Shown one piece after another: positions 26,318 to 35,303 of a stretch of 64,000 nucleotides of DNA. Origin of the DNA: Bacillota bacterium (GTDB taxonomy: Bacteria; Bacillota; UBA994; UBA5500); contig JAMNZE010000011.1 of NCBI GenBank assembly GCA_023622465.1, positions 1,588 to 65,587 of the forward strand, given 5' to 3'. The notes beneath the pieces were generated by a model, which was given only the letters and a program-made list of their open reading frames with translations, ran no database searches and was not told where the DNA came from. Each line of letters begins with the position of its first letter. The stretch's first letter is position 1. The translations under genes and the position numbers were made by a program.

Positions 26318-28558
26318 TCAATAGCGAAGTTTTTCATGCTGCAAGAGCCCCAGGATTGCATCCGGGGCTAAGGGTTTACTAATGAGATACCCCTGCATGA
26401 AATCGCAATCGTTTAGGCGCAGATACTCCCTTTGGGCCGGTGCCTCCACACCTTCTGCGACCACAAAGAATCCCTGCCGATGGGCCATGGCAATGATATC
26501 GCCAGCTATAGCTTGCTCGGGGGCAACAGAAAGCAGGCTGTCGATGAATGACTTGTCGATCTTGATACCATGCACCCGCAAATTCTGGCTGCGGCTAAGG
26601 GATGAATATCCGATACCGAAGTCATCGATGGCAATTTGTATACCATGTTGCTCCAGCTCTCTTAACTTCTCATTGATGACCCCATATTCATCCATTAAGA
26701 GCGACTCGGTTATCTCCAATGTTAAGCTACTTGTTTTCACCCCGGTCTCCTCGATTATTGCCAGCAGGTCCGCAACAAAATCATCTTGTAGCAGCTGTAA
26801 CAGCGAGATATTCACCGACATTCTAAGCTGGTCGAAGCCCTGGCTCGCCAGTTGGGTGAGAAACTCGCAAGCTTGTCGCAAAATATATTTTCCCAGAGGA
26901 ATAATGAGTCCAGTTTGCTCCGCTACAGGAATAAATTCTGCCGGTGATACATTGCCCAGATGTACGCTGTGCATCCGCGCCAAGGCTTCCAAACCTACAA
27001 TTTGGTTTTGTTTCAGATCCACAATTGGCTGGTACACTAGGTGAACATTTTGCTTCATCTGGCTGCTCACTGCAGCTCGCAATTCACCTTCTACGATCGT
27101 TTGTCGGAGCAGTTGCTCTTCCATGCTATTATCAAAGAAGCAATAGCCCTCACTGTCCTGCTCACCAGCACAGCTAGCCGCTATAGATGCCCTTTTGATG
27201 ATAGTATTGGCGTCAACTTCCCCTTCTCCATCGATCTCCACTATGCCGATGGCCACCCCTGTACGTTTTGCCTGCAACGGTTGTCGCAGACTGTCGATTA
27301 CCTGTTGGGCCATGGCAATCAGATCCGATCTGTCTCCATAGCTGGTAACATAGAGCATAAAGCGGGCGGCCCCCAGGTGGAAAATGTGTTGCGCTGACGT
27401 CTTGGCCAGCAATAAAGTGGCAGCACATTCCTTTAATATCATCTCACTATACTGGTAACCGATGGCCATGTTCAATAAATCAAAATTACAGTCGATGAGC
27501 AGACAAGCCCGCTTCTTGTGACCATTGCTGTTAGCTTGGCTTTGAAAGAATTCCTCCCAATAGGTCTTATTGGGTAGTCCAGTAACCGCATCATAATAGG
27601 AATAACGGATTAGGGTTTCATTTTTCTTGCGGTTGCTGGAGAGCATAGCTAGGAGCAGACCGAAAACAATTACCAGGGTTGTTATACCTATCATGCGTAC
27701 CCGGGCAATTAGTAACTTTGTTTCTCCCAGTTCGTGGTGAACAGCTAAGGTACCTAACTTGCTGTCTTCTACCCAAACCGGTAACAGAACCTGATAAAAG
27801 GGAGCATCACCGCTATATATTTCACCCGCAAATTCTCTACCCTCTTGCATTGCTGCCTTAGCATCCGCCGTCAAAATAAAATCACCTTCATGGCCCTGAT
27901 GAGCTATAGGCTCCAAGTTGTTGTCATAGAAAACAGCACATTTGATGTAGGGATCGGCAACAATTTCCGTCAACAGACATTGGAGTTCAAACCTGCCCAG
28001 AAAGTCACGCACCCTTTCAGCTAACACACCCATCTGTAAGAAGCGGCCCGTATCATTTAACCGCCAATAGGCGTACTTAAGATATCTTTCCGATTCGCTG
28101 TCCCGCCGAATTTCGTCTACGTGGCTTTGTTTTCCGCTGCGCATAAAATTGTATACCGGGTGCCCTTCTTTTGCATGCCAACCCAGATAAATGCCCGTGT
28201 TGGAATAGACAATCTGTCCTTCCCTGTTATAAACATAAATTTCGTCCACCTGCATGATATCAGCTATTTCAGCTAACAACCGATTGCTATATTGCCCATC
28301 ATAAAGGGCCACAATCTGGCCGGTGGCCAACAGCTTGTCCTCCAACAGCCCATCAATTATAGTGGTAGCTTCGGCAGCTGCGGCCAACTTCTGGGCATAA
28401 ATATTAGCTAGCCGCTGCGTTTCTTCTGCCACTTGCCCGTTATAAAAATTTTGGGCAGCAGTGATAATCTGATATCCAGCCACAAACAAAATAACCACAC
28501 TGAGCAGCACTACAAACAGGTATTGTTTAAGATCCGTGGTCTTCATTTGGCCCTGCAT
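26318..28558 (-). CDS. Membrane-anchored c-di-GMP phosphodiesterase (sensor + degenerate GGDEF + EAL)
   Basis: Two TM segments, D.VTGLPN, GGDEF position reads GAARF; EAL domain intact (EALAR, DDFGIGYSSL, KIDKSF, EGVE, QGY). Confidence 0.9.
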   Translation of the reverse strand: MQGQMKTTDLKQYLFVVLLSVVILFVAGYQIITAAQNFYNGQVAEETQRLANIYAQKLAAAAEATTIIDGLLEDKLLATGQIVALYDGQYSNRLLAEIADIMQVDEIYVYNREGQIVYSNTGIYLGWHAKEGHPVYNFMRSGKQSHVDEIRRDSESERYLKYAYWRLNDTGRFLQMGVLAERVRDFLGRFELQCLLTEIVADPYIKCAVFYDNNLEPIAHQGHEGDFILTADAKAAMQEGREFAGEIYSGDAPFYQVLLPVWVEDSKLGTLAVHHELGETKLLIARVRMIGITTLVIVFGLLLAMLSSNRKKNETLIRYSYYDAVTGLPNKTYWEEFFQSQANSNGHKKRACLLIDCNFDLLNMAIGYQYSEMILKECAATLLLAKTSAQHIFHLGAARFMLYVTSYGDRSDLIAMAQQVIDSLRQPLQAKRTGVAIGIVEIDGEGEVDANTIIKRASIAASCAGEQDSEGYCFFDNSMEEQLLRQTIVEGELRAAVSSQMKQNVHLVYQPIVDLKQNQIVGLEALARMHSVHLGNVSPAEFIPVAEQTGLIIPLGKYILRQACEFLTQLASQGFDQLRMSVNISLLQLLQDDFVADLLAIIEETGVKTSSLTLEITESLLMDEYGVINEKLRELEQHGIQIAIDDFGIGYSSLSRSQNLRVHGIKIDKSFIDSLLSVAPEQAIAGDIIAMAHRQGFFVVAEGVEAPAQREYLRLNDCDFMQGYLISKPLAPDAILGLLQHEKLRY

Positions 28559-28698
28559 AAACTCCCCACCTCCGCTCTCACCTGTAGCAAGAACCTTTCT
28601 GCAGCCTCAATTATTAATCCTGCTTAGGTGGGCTTAGAAAAGGATTGTTCACAACTTTACAAAATATCTTCAGGCCTGACACAATTGGGCTACTGGGC

Positions 28699-28727
28699 TT
28701 GCAGACTCGCTGGGAGTGTAGTATAAT
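28699..28727 (+). promoter_or_regulatory. SigA promoter of tRNA-Pro(GGG)
   Basis: TTGCAG-17-TATAAT. Confidence 0.75.
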
Positions 28728-28737
28728 TAATGAGCAA

Positions 28738-28815
28738 CGGGCTGTGGCGCAGTTTGGCTAGCGCGCGTGCTTGGGGTGCACGAGGTCGCAGGTTCAAGTC
28801 CTGTCAGCCCGACCA
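28738..28815 (+). tRNA. tRNA-Pro (GGG)
   Basis: Cloverleaf, loop TTGGGGT, CCA end. Confidence 0.97.
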
Positions 28816-28827
28816 TTCTCGAATAGC

Positions 28828-28911
28828 AAAAACCGTCCTCTCTTAAGATGAGGACGGTTTTTTGTTTTACGCAGAACCCCATTCTGGCCATCACCAGAAT
28901 GGGGTTCTTGC
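28828..28911. terminator. Two hairpin terminators between tRNA-Pro and convergent spoIVA
   Basis: AAAAACCGTCCTC/GAGGACGGTTTTT and AGAACCCCATTCTGG/CCAGAATGGGGTTCT. Confidence 0.8.
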
Positions 28912-28924
28912 ACCAAGCCGTCGG

Positions 28925-30400
28925 TTATAGAATGATAGCGATCAAGCCACCACTGCCTTCGTTAACAATCTTTTCAAGCGTCTCTCGCAATTTCTCCTGC
29001 GCATTATCGGGCATACGCAAGAGTTTATTTTGAATTCCTTCACGCACCAAGTTGTGCAGCGACTTGCCAAATATGTTGGTTTCCCAAAGCTTCTCCGGGT
29101 TGGCTTCGAACTCTTCCAATAGATATTTGACCAATTCTTCGCTTTGCTTTTCAGTGCCAATGATAGGGGCTACTTCCGACTCCACATCCACACGAATCAT
29201 ATGGTAAGCTGGCGCGGTAGCCCGCAAACGCACGCCAAAACGGTTGCCCTGACGAACGATTTCCGGCTCGTCTAGCTCCATTTCGTCTAGACTGGGTGGC
29301 ACAATCCCGTATCCCGTGTTGCGGGAATCCCGCACCGCATCTTTAACCTTGTCGTATTCCCGTTTGGCCTGGGCATATTCCCGCATTAGGGCCAGCAGTT
29401 TATCCCGTCCATGAATTTCTGTCCCGGCTGCCTCACTCAACGCCTCCCAGTAGAGGTAATCGGGCACATTGACCGAGAGGACGGCCGCACCGGTGCCTAA
29501 GTCCATAGTCTCCAGGATTACTTCCGAAACGGTGTCGCACTCGCTGAGAACCTCAATCAAAGTGTCGATCTCTCGTAGTTTCTTAACCTGGGTAGCTCCA
29601 TCTTGCACCACCGCTTCCAGCTTGCGCCGCAACCAATGTTTGCTGTCTAATACGTTTACCCATGGCGGCAGGTTCACATTTACCTCACGGACAGGGAATT
29701 CATAGAGGATTTCTCTCAAGACGCCCTGGATGTCAGTTTGGTTAAGCCTAGTGGCATCAATAGGTATAACGGCCGTTTGATATTTCTCCTCCAATTCGGC
29801 TCTGAGCTCCATTGTCTCCGGGTCAAACGGGTCAGCGCTGTTCAACAGCACCACAAAGGGCTTGCCTAGATTCTGCAACTCCTCGATGACTCGTTCTTCT
29901 GCTGTCACATAGGCGGAGCGGGGTAAATCGGTTATGGTCCCGTCGGTGGTTACCACTATGCCGATCGTAGAATGGTCGACAATTACCTTCTTGGTGCCGA
30001 TTTCAGCTGCTTCTTCAAAGGGGATCGGCTCTTCGAACCATGGTGTTAATACCATGCGCGGGCCGTCTTCATCACTGTAGCCAAGTGCACCCTCTACCGC
30101 ATAGCCTACGCAATCGACCATTCGTACTCGCAACTTGATGTCATCCACAGTGATTTCGACACCTTCATCAGGAATAAATTTGGGCTCGGTAGTCATGATG
30201 GTTCGCCCTGCCCCACTCTGGGGTAAGGCATCCTTTGTACGCTCTTTGTCATGAACATCCGTGATATTCGGCAAAACCATGAGATCCATAAACCGTTTGA
30301 TGAAAGTGGACTTGCCGGTGCGTACCGGGCCCACGATACCGAGATAGATATCACCATCGGTACGCTTAGCTATGTCCTGAAGTAGGTCAAACTTCTCCAA
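28925..30400 (-). CDS. spoIVA: Stage IV sporulation protein A (coat ATPase)
   Basis: GPVRTGKSTFIKRF, MTTEPKF, DCVGY, C-terminal NEGSGGLIAIIL. Confidence 0.98.
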   Translation of the reverse strand: MEKFDLLQDIAKRTDGDIYLGIVGPVRTGKSTFIKRFMDLMVLPNITDVHDKERTKDALPQSGAGRTIMTTEPKFIPDEGVEITVDDIKLRVRMVDCVGYAVEGALGYSDEDGPRMVLTPWFEEPIPFEEAAEIGTKKVIVDHSTIGIVVTTDGTITDLPRSAYVTAEERVIEELQNLGKPFVVLLNSADPFDPETMELRAELEEKYQTAVIPIDATRLNQTDIQGVLREILYEFPVREVNVNLPPWVNVLDSKHWLRRKLEAVVQDGATQVKKLREIDTLIEVLSECDTVSEVILETMDLGTGAAVLSVNVPDYLYWEALSEAAGTEIHGRDKLLALMREYAQAKREYDKVKDAVRDSRNTGYGIVPPSLDEMELDEPEIVRQGNRFGVRLRATAPAYHMIRVDVESEVAPIIGTEKQSEELVKYLLEEFEANPEKLWETNIFGKSLHNLVREGIQNKLLRMPDNAQEKLRETLEKIVNEGSGGLIAIIL

Positions 30401-30533
30401 AGGTTTCTCCCTCCCTTTTTTGCCTGAGACGTCGATCGATAGCGATCTCTCGACCCGCCCGGCATTTCCACTCGAAATTCTTAGTTCAAGGTGAGCTTGT
30501 TTTCCTTAAACCCGGGCACAGCTTGGCTAGTAC

Positions 30534-30562
30534 ATATATATGAAAAGGCGCAGGCGATATGC
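30534..30562 (-). promoter_or_regulatory. SigE-type promoter of spoIVA
   Basis: GCATAT-14-CATATATAT; spoIVA is SigE-controlled in B. subtilis. Confidence 0.7.
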
Positions 30563-30587
30563 CTGATAACGATTAAAGCTGCACAAT

Positions 30588-30617
30588 AAAAAAAGCACTC
30601 CATCCTAGTGGAGTGCT
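30588..30617 (-). terminator. Terminator after gpsA
   Basis: AGCACTCCA/TGGAGTGCT plus T-run. Confidence 0.8.
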
Positions 30618-30627
30618 AAGTCTCTGT

Positions 30628-31668
30628 TTATTGCTTCTCCCTATTTACAAACTCTAGATCCTCATATTCGTGTTTCCTTACCCGGTTCATCATCTCTACT
30701 AAAGTCACCCGTGGTTCCTGGTCAGCAAACAATACTCGGTAGAGGGCTTCGGTCAGCGGCATTTCTACTTTATGTCGCTGGGCCAGCTTATATGTGGCCT
30801 GCGTAGCAAAAGCACCCTCAATTACCATATGGGTACCTCCGGTCACTTCCTTTAGCGTTTGTCCCTGGCCAATTTTAAAGCCCGCGTTCCAGTTACGACT
30901 ATGTTTGCTGGTACAGGTGGCAATCAAATCACCTATGCCCGAAAGGCCCGCAAAGGTGCGAGGATCAGCCCCTAAACGCACCCCCAGACGGACCACTTCC
31001 CCTAGGCCCCGAGTGATCAGCATGGCTTTAGTGTTATCACCAAAGCCCATGCCGTCGGCGATACCCGCCGCTAGGGCTATAATGTTCTTTAAAGCGCCCC
31101 CCAGTTCCACACCGATAATATCGTGATTGGTATAAACCCGAAAATTCGGCGTAAAGAAGGCGTCCTGCAATCGCTGGGCAGCATCCCGGTCCACACTGCT
31201 AACAACACTAGCCGATGGCATGTCCTGCCCCACCTCTTCCGCATGGTTAGGACCCGACAATACTCCTATGGAACGGGCTTTGGAACCGATTTCTTCTTCA
31301 ATAACCTCAGACAGACGTTGTAAGGTGTTAGGCTCAAAACCCTTAGCCGTATTTACAATATCAACCGGTGTGCTTAGTAAGGGAGCTACTTTCTTCAGCA
31401 CCTCCCGCAAATGGGCAGAAGGAATAGCGAAAACTAACAAATCTTGGCCTTGTGTAGCTTCTATTAAGGAAGAAGTAGCCACCACATGGGGAGGAATGGC
31501 TACTCCCGGTAAGTACTTTTTGTTTTCTCGTTCTTCGTTAATGGCTAAAGCCAACTTATCCCGTCGACTCCAGATGGTGACACGGTCAAAGTTGTGGCTA
31601 AGAACACGCGCAGCCAACGCCGTGCCCCAGCTACCTGCGCCAATCACCGCTGCCGCTCTGGTGGCCAT
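30628..31668 (-). CDS. gpsA: NAD(P)H-dependent glycerol-3-phosphate dehydrogenase
   Basis: GAGSWGTALA, SGPNHA.E, GALKN, G.GDL.ATC.S..SRN; start ATG 31668. Confidence 0.96.
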   Translation of the reverse strand: MATRAAAVIGAGSWGTALAARVLSHNFDRVTIWSRRDKLALAINEERENKKYLPGVAIPPHVVATSSLIEATQGQDLLVFAIPSAHLREVLKKVAPLLSTPVDIVNTAKGFEPNTLQRLSEVIEEEIGSKARSIGVLSGPNHAEEVGQDMPSASVVSSVDRDAAQRLQDAFFTPNFRVYTNHDIIGVELGGALKNIIALAAGIADGMGFGDNTKAMLITRGLGEVVRLGVRLGADPRTFAGLSGIGDLIATCTSKHSRNWNAGFKIGQGQTLKEVTGGTHMVIEGAFATQATYKLAQRHKVEMPLTEALYRVLFADQEPRVTLVEMMNRVRKHEYEDLEFVNREKQ

Positions 31669-31684
31669 CCTGTTACCCCTCCTC

Positions 31685-32998
31685 TCAATCCTCTCGCCTC
31701 TTTCGTATATAAAAGCGAATAGGTGTACCAACAAAGCCCATAGCTTTCCGCAAGGTGTTTTCTAGAAAACGTTGATAGGAAAAATGCATTAGCTCCGGAT
31801 CATTGACAAAAAATACAAAGGTTGGTGGTTTGATGCCCGATTGGGTAGCATAGTAAATACGTAGTCTTTTACCCCTCTCGGTAGGGGTAGGGGTAACCAT
31901 GGTGGCCTGTAGAATCAGCTCGTTGAGGGCGTTGGTGGAAATCCGCAAATGACGCTGCTCGTTGACTTGTTTAACCAAGTCGAATATCCGATGTACCCGC
32001 TGCCCCGTTTTAGCCGATATAAAAATAATGGGGGCATAATCAACAAAGCTGAGTTCGCTCTTAATCTCTTCGGTAAATCGGTTGGCTGTTCTATGGTCCT
32101 TCTCTATCAAATCCCACTTGTTGACAACCAGAATTATCCCCTTGCCCCGGTTATGGGCAATACCTACAATTTTCTTGTCTTGCTCGGTGACTCCTTCGGC
32201 GGCATCAATCACCATTAGGACAATGTCCGAGCGCTCGATAGCCCGTATGGAACGCAGCCCGCTATAACGCTCAATTTCTTCTTCCACCTTACTACGGCGT
32301 CGCAAGCCTGCTGTATCGATAAGCACATAATTTTCGTCGCCGATTGTAATCGGAGTATCTACCGCATCGCGGGTTGTGCCCGGTATGTCACTGACAATGA
32401 CTCGCTCTTGTCCTAACAAGGCGTTTACAAGCGATGACTTACCCGTATTGGGTTTGCCGATTACCGCCACTCGGGTTAGGTCATCCTCATCTTCAACGGC
32501 TTCCTTGGCGGGTAAAAGGTCAACAATTAGATCTAATAGGTCCCCAATGCCCAGTCCATTGGCTGCCGAGACGCTAAGCACATGGGGCAACCCCAGCTGG
32601 TAAAATTCGGCCACATGGGCTTCCAGGTTAGGGTGGTCGATTTTGTTGACTGCTACGATTATAGGTTTCTGCGTGCCCCGCAAGACCTGGGCCACATCCT
32701 CATCCAAGCCGGTTAGACCTTGCCGCCCATCAACCACAAATAGAATTACATCGGCTTCTCGGATAGCGATTTCCGCCTGCTTGCGAATATAGGTGGTCAT
32801 CTCATCAGTCGCATTTATTTCCAACCCCCCGGTGTCCACTAGGGTAAACTCGTGGTTGAGCCAGTGCACATCCGCATAGAGTCGATCGCGCGTCACTCCC
32901 GGCACGTCTTCCACAATCGCTAAACGTCTACCGGCCAAATAGTTAAAAAGGGTTGATTTGCCCACGTTGGGCCTACCAACAACGGCCACAATTGACAC
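31685..32998 (-). CDS. der: Ribosome biogenesis GTPase Der
   Basis: Two G domains (GRPNVGKS, GKPNTGKS) plus KH-like tail. Confidence 0.97.
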   Translation of the reverse strand: MSIVAVVGRPNVGKSTLFNYLAGRRLAIVEDVPGVTRDRLYADVHWLNHEFTLVDTGGLEINATDEMTTYIRKQAEIAIREADVILFVVDGRQGLTGLDEDVAQVLRGTQKPIIVAVNKIDHPNLEAHVAEFYQLGLPHVLSVSAANGLGIGDLLDLIVDLLPAKEAVEDEDDLTRVAVIGKPNTGKSSLVNALLGQERVIVSDIPGTTRDAVDTPITIGDENYVLIDTAGLRRRSKVEEEIERYSGLRSIRAIERSDIVLMVIDAAEGVTEQDKKIVGIAHNRGKGIILVVNKWDLIEKDHRTANRFTEEIKSELSFVDYAPIIFISAKTGQRVHRIFDLVKQVNEQRHLRISTNALNELILQATMVTPTPTERGKRLRIYYATQSGIKPPTFVFFVNDPELMHFSYQRFLENTLRKAMGFVGTPIRFYIRKRRED

Positions 32999-33001
32999 CG
33001 T

Positions 33002-34321
33002 CTATACCTCCCCTCCTATGGTGTTATCTATTAAAGCTTGTCCATCGGTGGGCGTGGCAATTACCTCAGCCTGGGGTAGTGCCTGTTGTAGCTCTAAGAA
33101 GGTAAAGTCATCCAAAAAGTCTCGTTCAGTTGTACGCAAAGCTACCTCTGGAATCAATATTCGCGCCCCATCCAAATCGAAAGATTGCAAGGTGGCAAAA
33201 ATGTCTCGCCCACTGAGTAAGCCAGCCACCGTCACCGACTCTCCCAGAAAACGGTTGGGCACTGGACAGACGTCAACCCATAATCCTTCTATACGATTTA
33301 ACTGCTGGGCTATGGCTTGCAATAGCGGGGCAGCCAGCGTGCCCGTTACCCAAATTACTCGTCGGGGACGAGATAATCGCTTAGGCAGATTCCTGGTGCA
33401 CCTTTTAATGTCATCAAGCAACAGACGCGTTAGACCAATTCCATTCTCAATCTGAGGGAAATCGTCATAATAGTTACGTGGCGGCACTTCACTGCCGGCT
33501 TGCAGAAAGAATTCATCGGCCAAATAGACGAAGGATACGCCTAACTTACGCTTTGCCCTACGGGCCAGCGGCATTAGACTATCGATAACCGCCCTCGCCT
33601 CCTGCCGGTTAGCCCGACGCAGGGGAGGCAATTTTTCCCGGTGCCCAGTCAAACCCACCGGCACCACCGCCACCGACTGAACCGCCGGCCACAAGGATAA
33701 CAAGTCATGAACTGTACGCTCCAGCTCCGCACCGTCGTTGATTCCGGGGACCAGCACAATTTGACAATGCATTTCTATGTGATGATCCGCCAGGGTACGC
33801 AACTGCTCCAAGATACGACCGGCTTGCGGATTGCGCATAAGTTTTTCTCGTAAGGGCCCATTGGTAGTATGCACTGATATATAAAGGGGACTGGGCCTTT
33901 TCGTTAATAGACGCTCCCAGTCGTCCTCCGCCATATTGGTCAAAGTGACAAAGCTACCATGAAAAGCCGACAAACGGTAGTCATCATCCTTTACCCGGAG
34001 GGTGCGTCGCACCCCTGTAGGCAACTGGGCAACGAAACAAAAGAGACAATTATTTTTACAATTCTTGAGCGGTGCTATTGTCGGATGCTCAAACACTAAG
34101 CCGATATCTTCACCGTATTCTTTTTCTATCTCCACTTCCCATAACTCTTGTGCGTCATCCAGGAGAGTGAGCGTAAGCTGCTCACTAGCTAGGGCCAATC
34201 TATAATCTAAAATATCAACTATGTCCTGGCCATTTAGCTTAATCAAAGTAGAACCCGGCTTGATGCCAAGCTGGTCCGCAATAGAGTCGGGAACAATTTC
34301 TATTATTCTTGCCACTGGCAC
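33002..34321 (-). CDS. DUF512 PDZ / radical-SAM-like Fe-S protein
   Basis: PDZ, CKNNCLFC, KDDDYRLS, VVPVGLT, ADEF, QIENGIG; GTG start at 34321 or 34315. Confidence 0.88.
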   Translation of the reverse strand: MPVARIIEIVPDSIADQLGIKPGSTLIKLNGQDIVDILDYRLALASEQLTLTLLDDAQELWEVEIEKEYGEDIGLVFEHPTIAPLKNCKNNCLFCFVAQLPTGVRRTLRVKDDDYRLSAFHGSFVTLTNMAEDDWERLLTKRPSPLYISVHTTNGPLREKLMRNPQAGRILEQLRTLADHHIEMHCQIVLVPGINDGAELERTVHDLLSLWPAVQSVAVVPVGLTGHREKLPPLRRANRQEARAVIDSLMPLARRAKRKLGVSFVYLADEFFLQAGSEVPPRNYYDDFPQIENGIGLTRLLLDDIKRCTRNLPKRLSRPRRVIWVTGTLAAPLLQAIAQQLNRIEGLWVDVCPVPNRFLGESVTVAGLLSGRDIFATLQSFDLDGARILIPEVALRTTERDFLDDFTFLELQQALPQAEVIATPTDGQALIDNTIGGEV

Positions 34322-34409
34322 TGGTCCTCCTTGCCATAATAAGAGGCCAGTCAAGCAAAGGGTGCTCAACTGGCAACGGTTAAACGAGTTGATAACTATG
34401 TCAATTATC

Positions 34410-34901
34410 CTATAAGGGCGGTGCCCAGTCAAGAAAGGTGGCATCTTGAGCTAGGGAACGGCGCACTTTCTTCACCAATTGCTGATAATTACTATAGCTT
34501 TTCGCGATGCCCCAGGCCGCAAGGGGTCTACCAAAGCGTATCAATCCCAAGCTACGGGAGGAAAAACCACCAATCCTAGTTGCCAGGTTTACACAGGGGA
34601 GGCAATTTACTAACCGGTATTCCCCCTTATCTACCCCTACCACCTGCAGCGCCATACTTACCGCATGTTTCATGTGTTTATGCCCTCCACCGAGGGCTAA
34701 GGTATATACCTCATTACCCGCCTCATCTTGGCCCATGAAGAAGAGTCGCCCCATGTCCGCATTGCTAGCCGTATCAAACCTAGGAGCAGCCAGAATTTCA
34801 GCCGGCGACGCGGTCCGCTCTATAGGCAAATGCCCCAAATGGAGGGCGGCTGCCGTTACTGAGGAATGGGCGCCACCCCAACAGAAATAGATTATTTTCA
34901 G
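34410..34901 (-). CDS. DUF3189 family protein with CTG start
   Basis: Frame extends upstream of the track ORF to (M)KIIYFCWGGAHSSVTAAALHLG; AGGAGG RBS precedes CTG at 34901; in-frame TGA at 34925-34923. Confidence 0.85.
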   Translation of the reverse strand: MKIIYFCWGGAHSSVTAAALHLGHLPIERTASPAEILAAPRFDTASNADMGRLFFMGQDEAGNEVYTLALGGGHKHMKHAVSMALQVVGVDKGEYRLVNCLPCVNLATRIGGFSSRSLGLIRFGRPLAAWGIAKSYSNYQQLVKKVRRSLAQDATFLDWAPPL

Positions 34902-34914
34902 ATTTTCCTCCTCC

Positions 34915-35301
34915 TTATTTTTTCACTCCATCCCATATGTATTGGGCAAGGGCCATTGCCAGTCTATTAGGCAATAGGCCCCGCCCTAGAAGCCAAACAC
35001 CCGGCCATAGCAATAGCCCTTCCCTTTCCTCAAGAGAATAAAAGACAATCTCCACCTGGGGCCGCAAGCAACCAACCACATTGCTAATGGCTCTTTGTAA
35101 TACAGCAGGCCTTCTTCTATCGGCAATTGCTAATACGGCTTCATCAGAGGATATAAAAGCCCGCGGTTTCAGGCCTTCGGCTAGCAATCGGCGCAGATTG
35201 AATAAAAGTTCCGCTTGGCCGGGTGCCCCAAAAGAGTAATACAGGGCGGCTGCTAATGCGGCCGCCCCTAAACGGCTATGAAATACAGATAAACGTCGCA
35301 C
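34915..35301 (-). CDS. Hypothetical protein, possibly a divergent DUF3189-like paralog
   Basis: GGAGG RBS; packed between spoIIP and DUF3189; N-terminal V.H...GAAALAAAL. Confidence 0.55.
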   Translation of the reverse strand: MRRLSVFHSRLGAAALAAALYYSFGAPGQAELLFNLRRLLAEGLKPRAFISSDEAVLAIADRRRPAVLQRAISNVVGCLRPQVEIVFYSLEEREGLLLWPGVWLLGRGLLPNRLAMALAQYIWDGVKK

Positions 35302-35303
35302 TA

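Noticed and set aside
24533..28737. Genomic island integrated at tRNA-Leu or tRNA-Pro
   Set aside because: No integrase, no duplicated tRNA 3' end seen, and contents (cheR, speD) are core-like.
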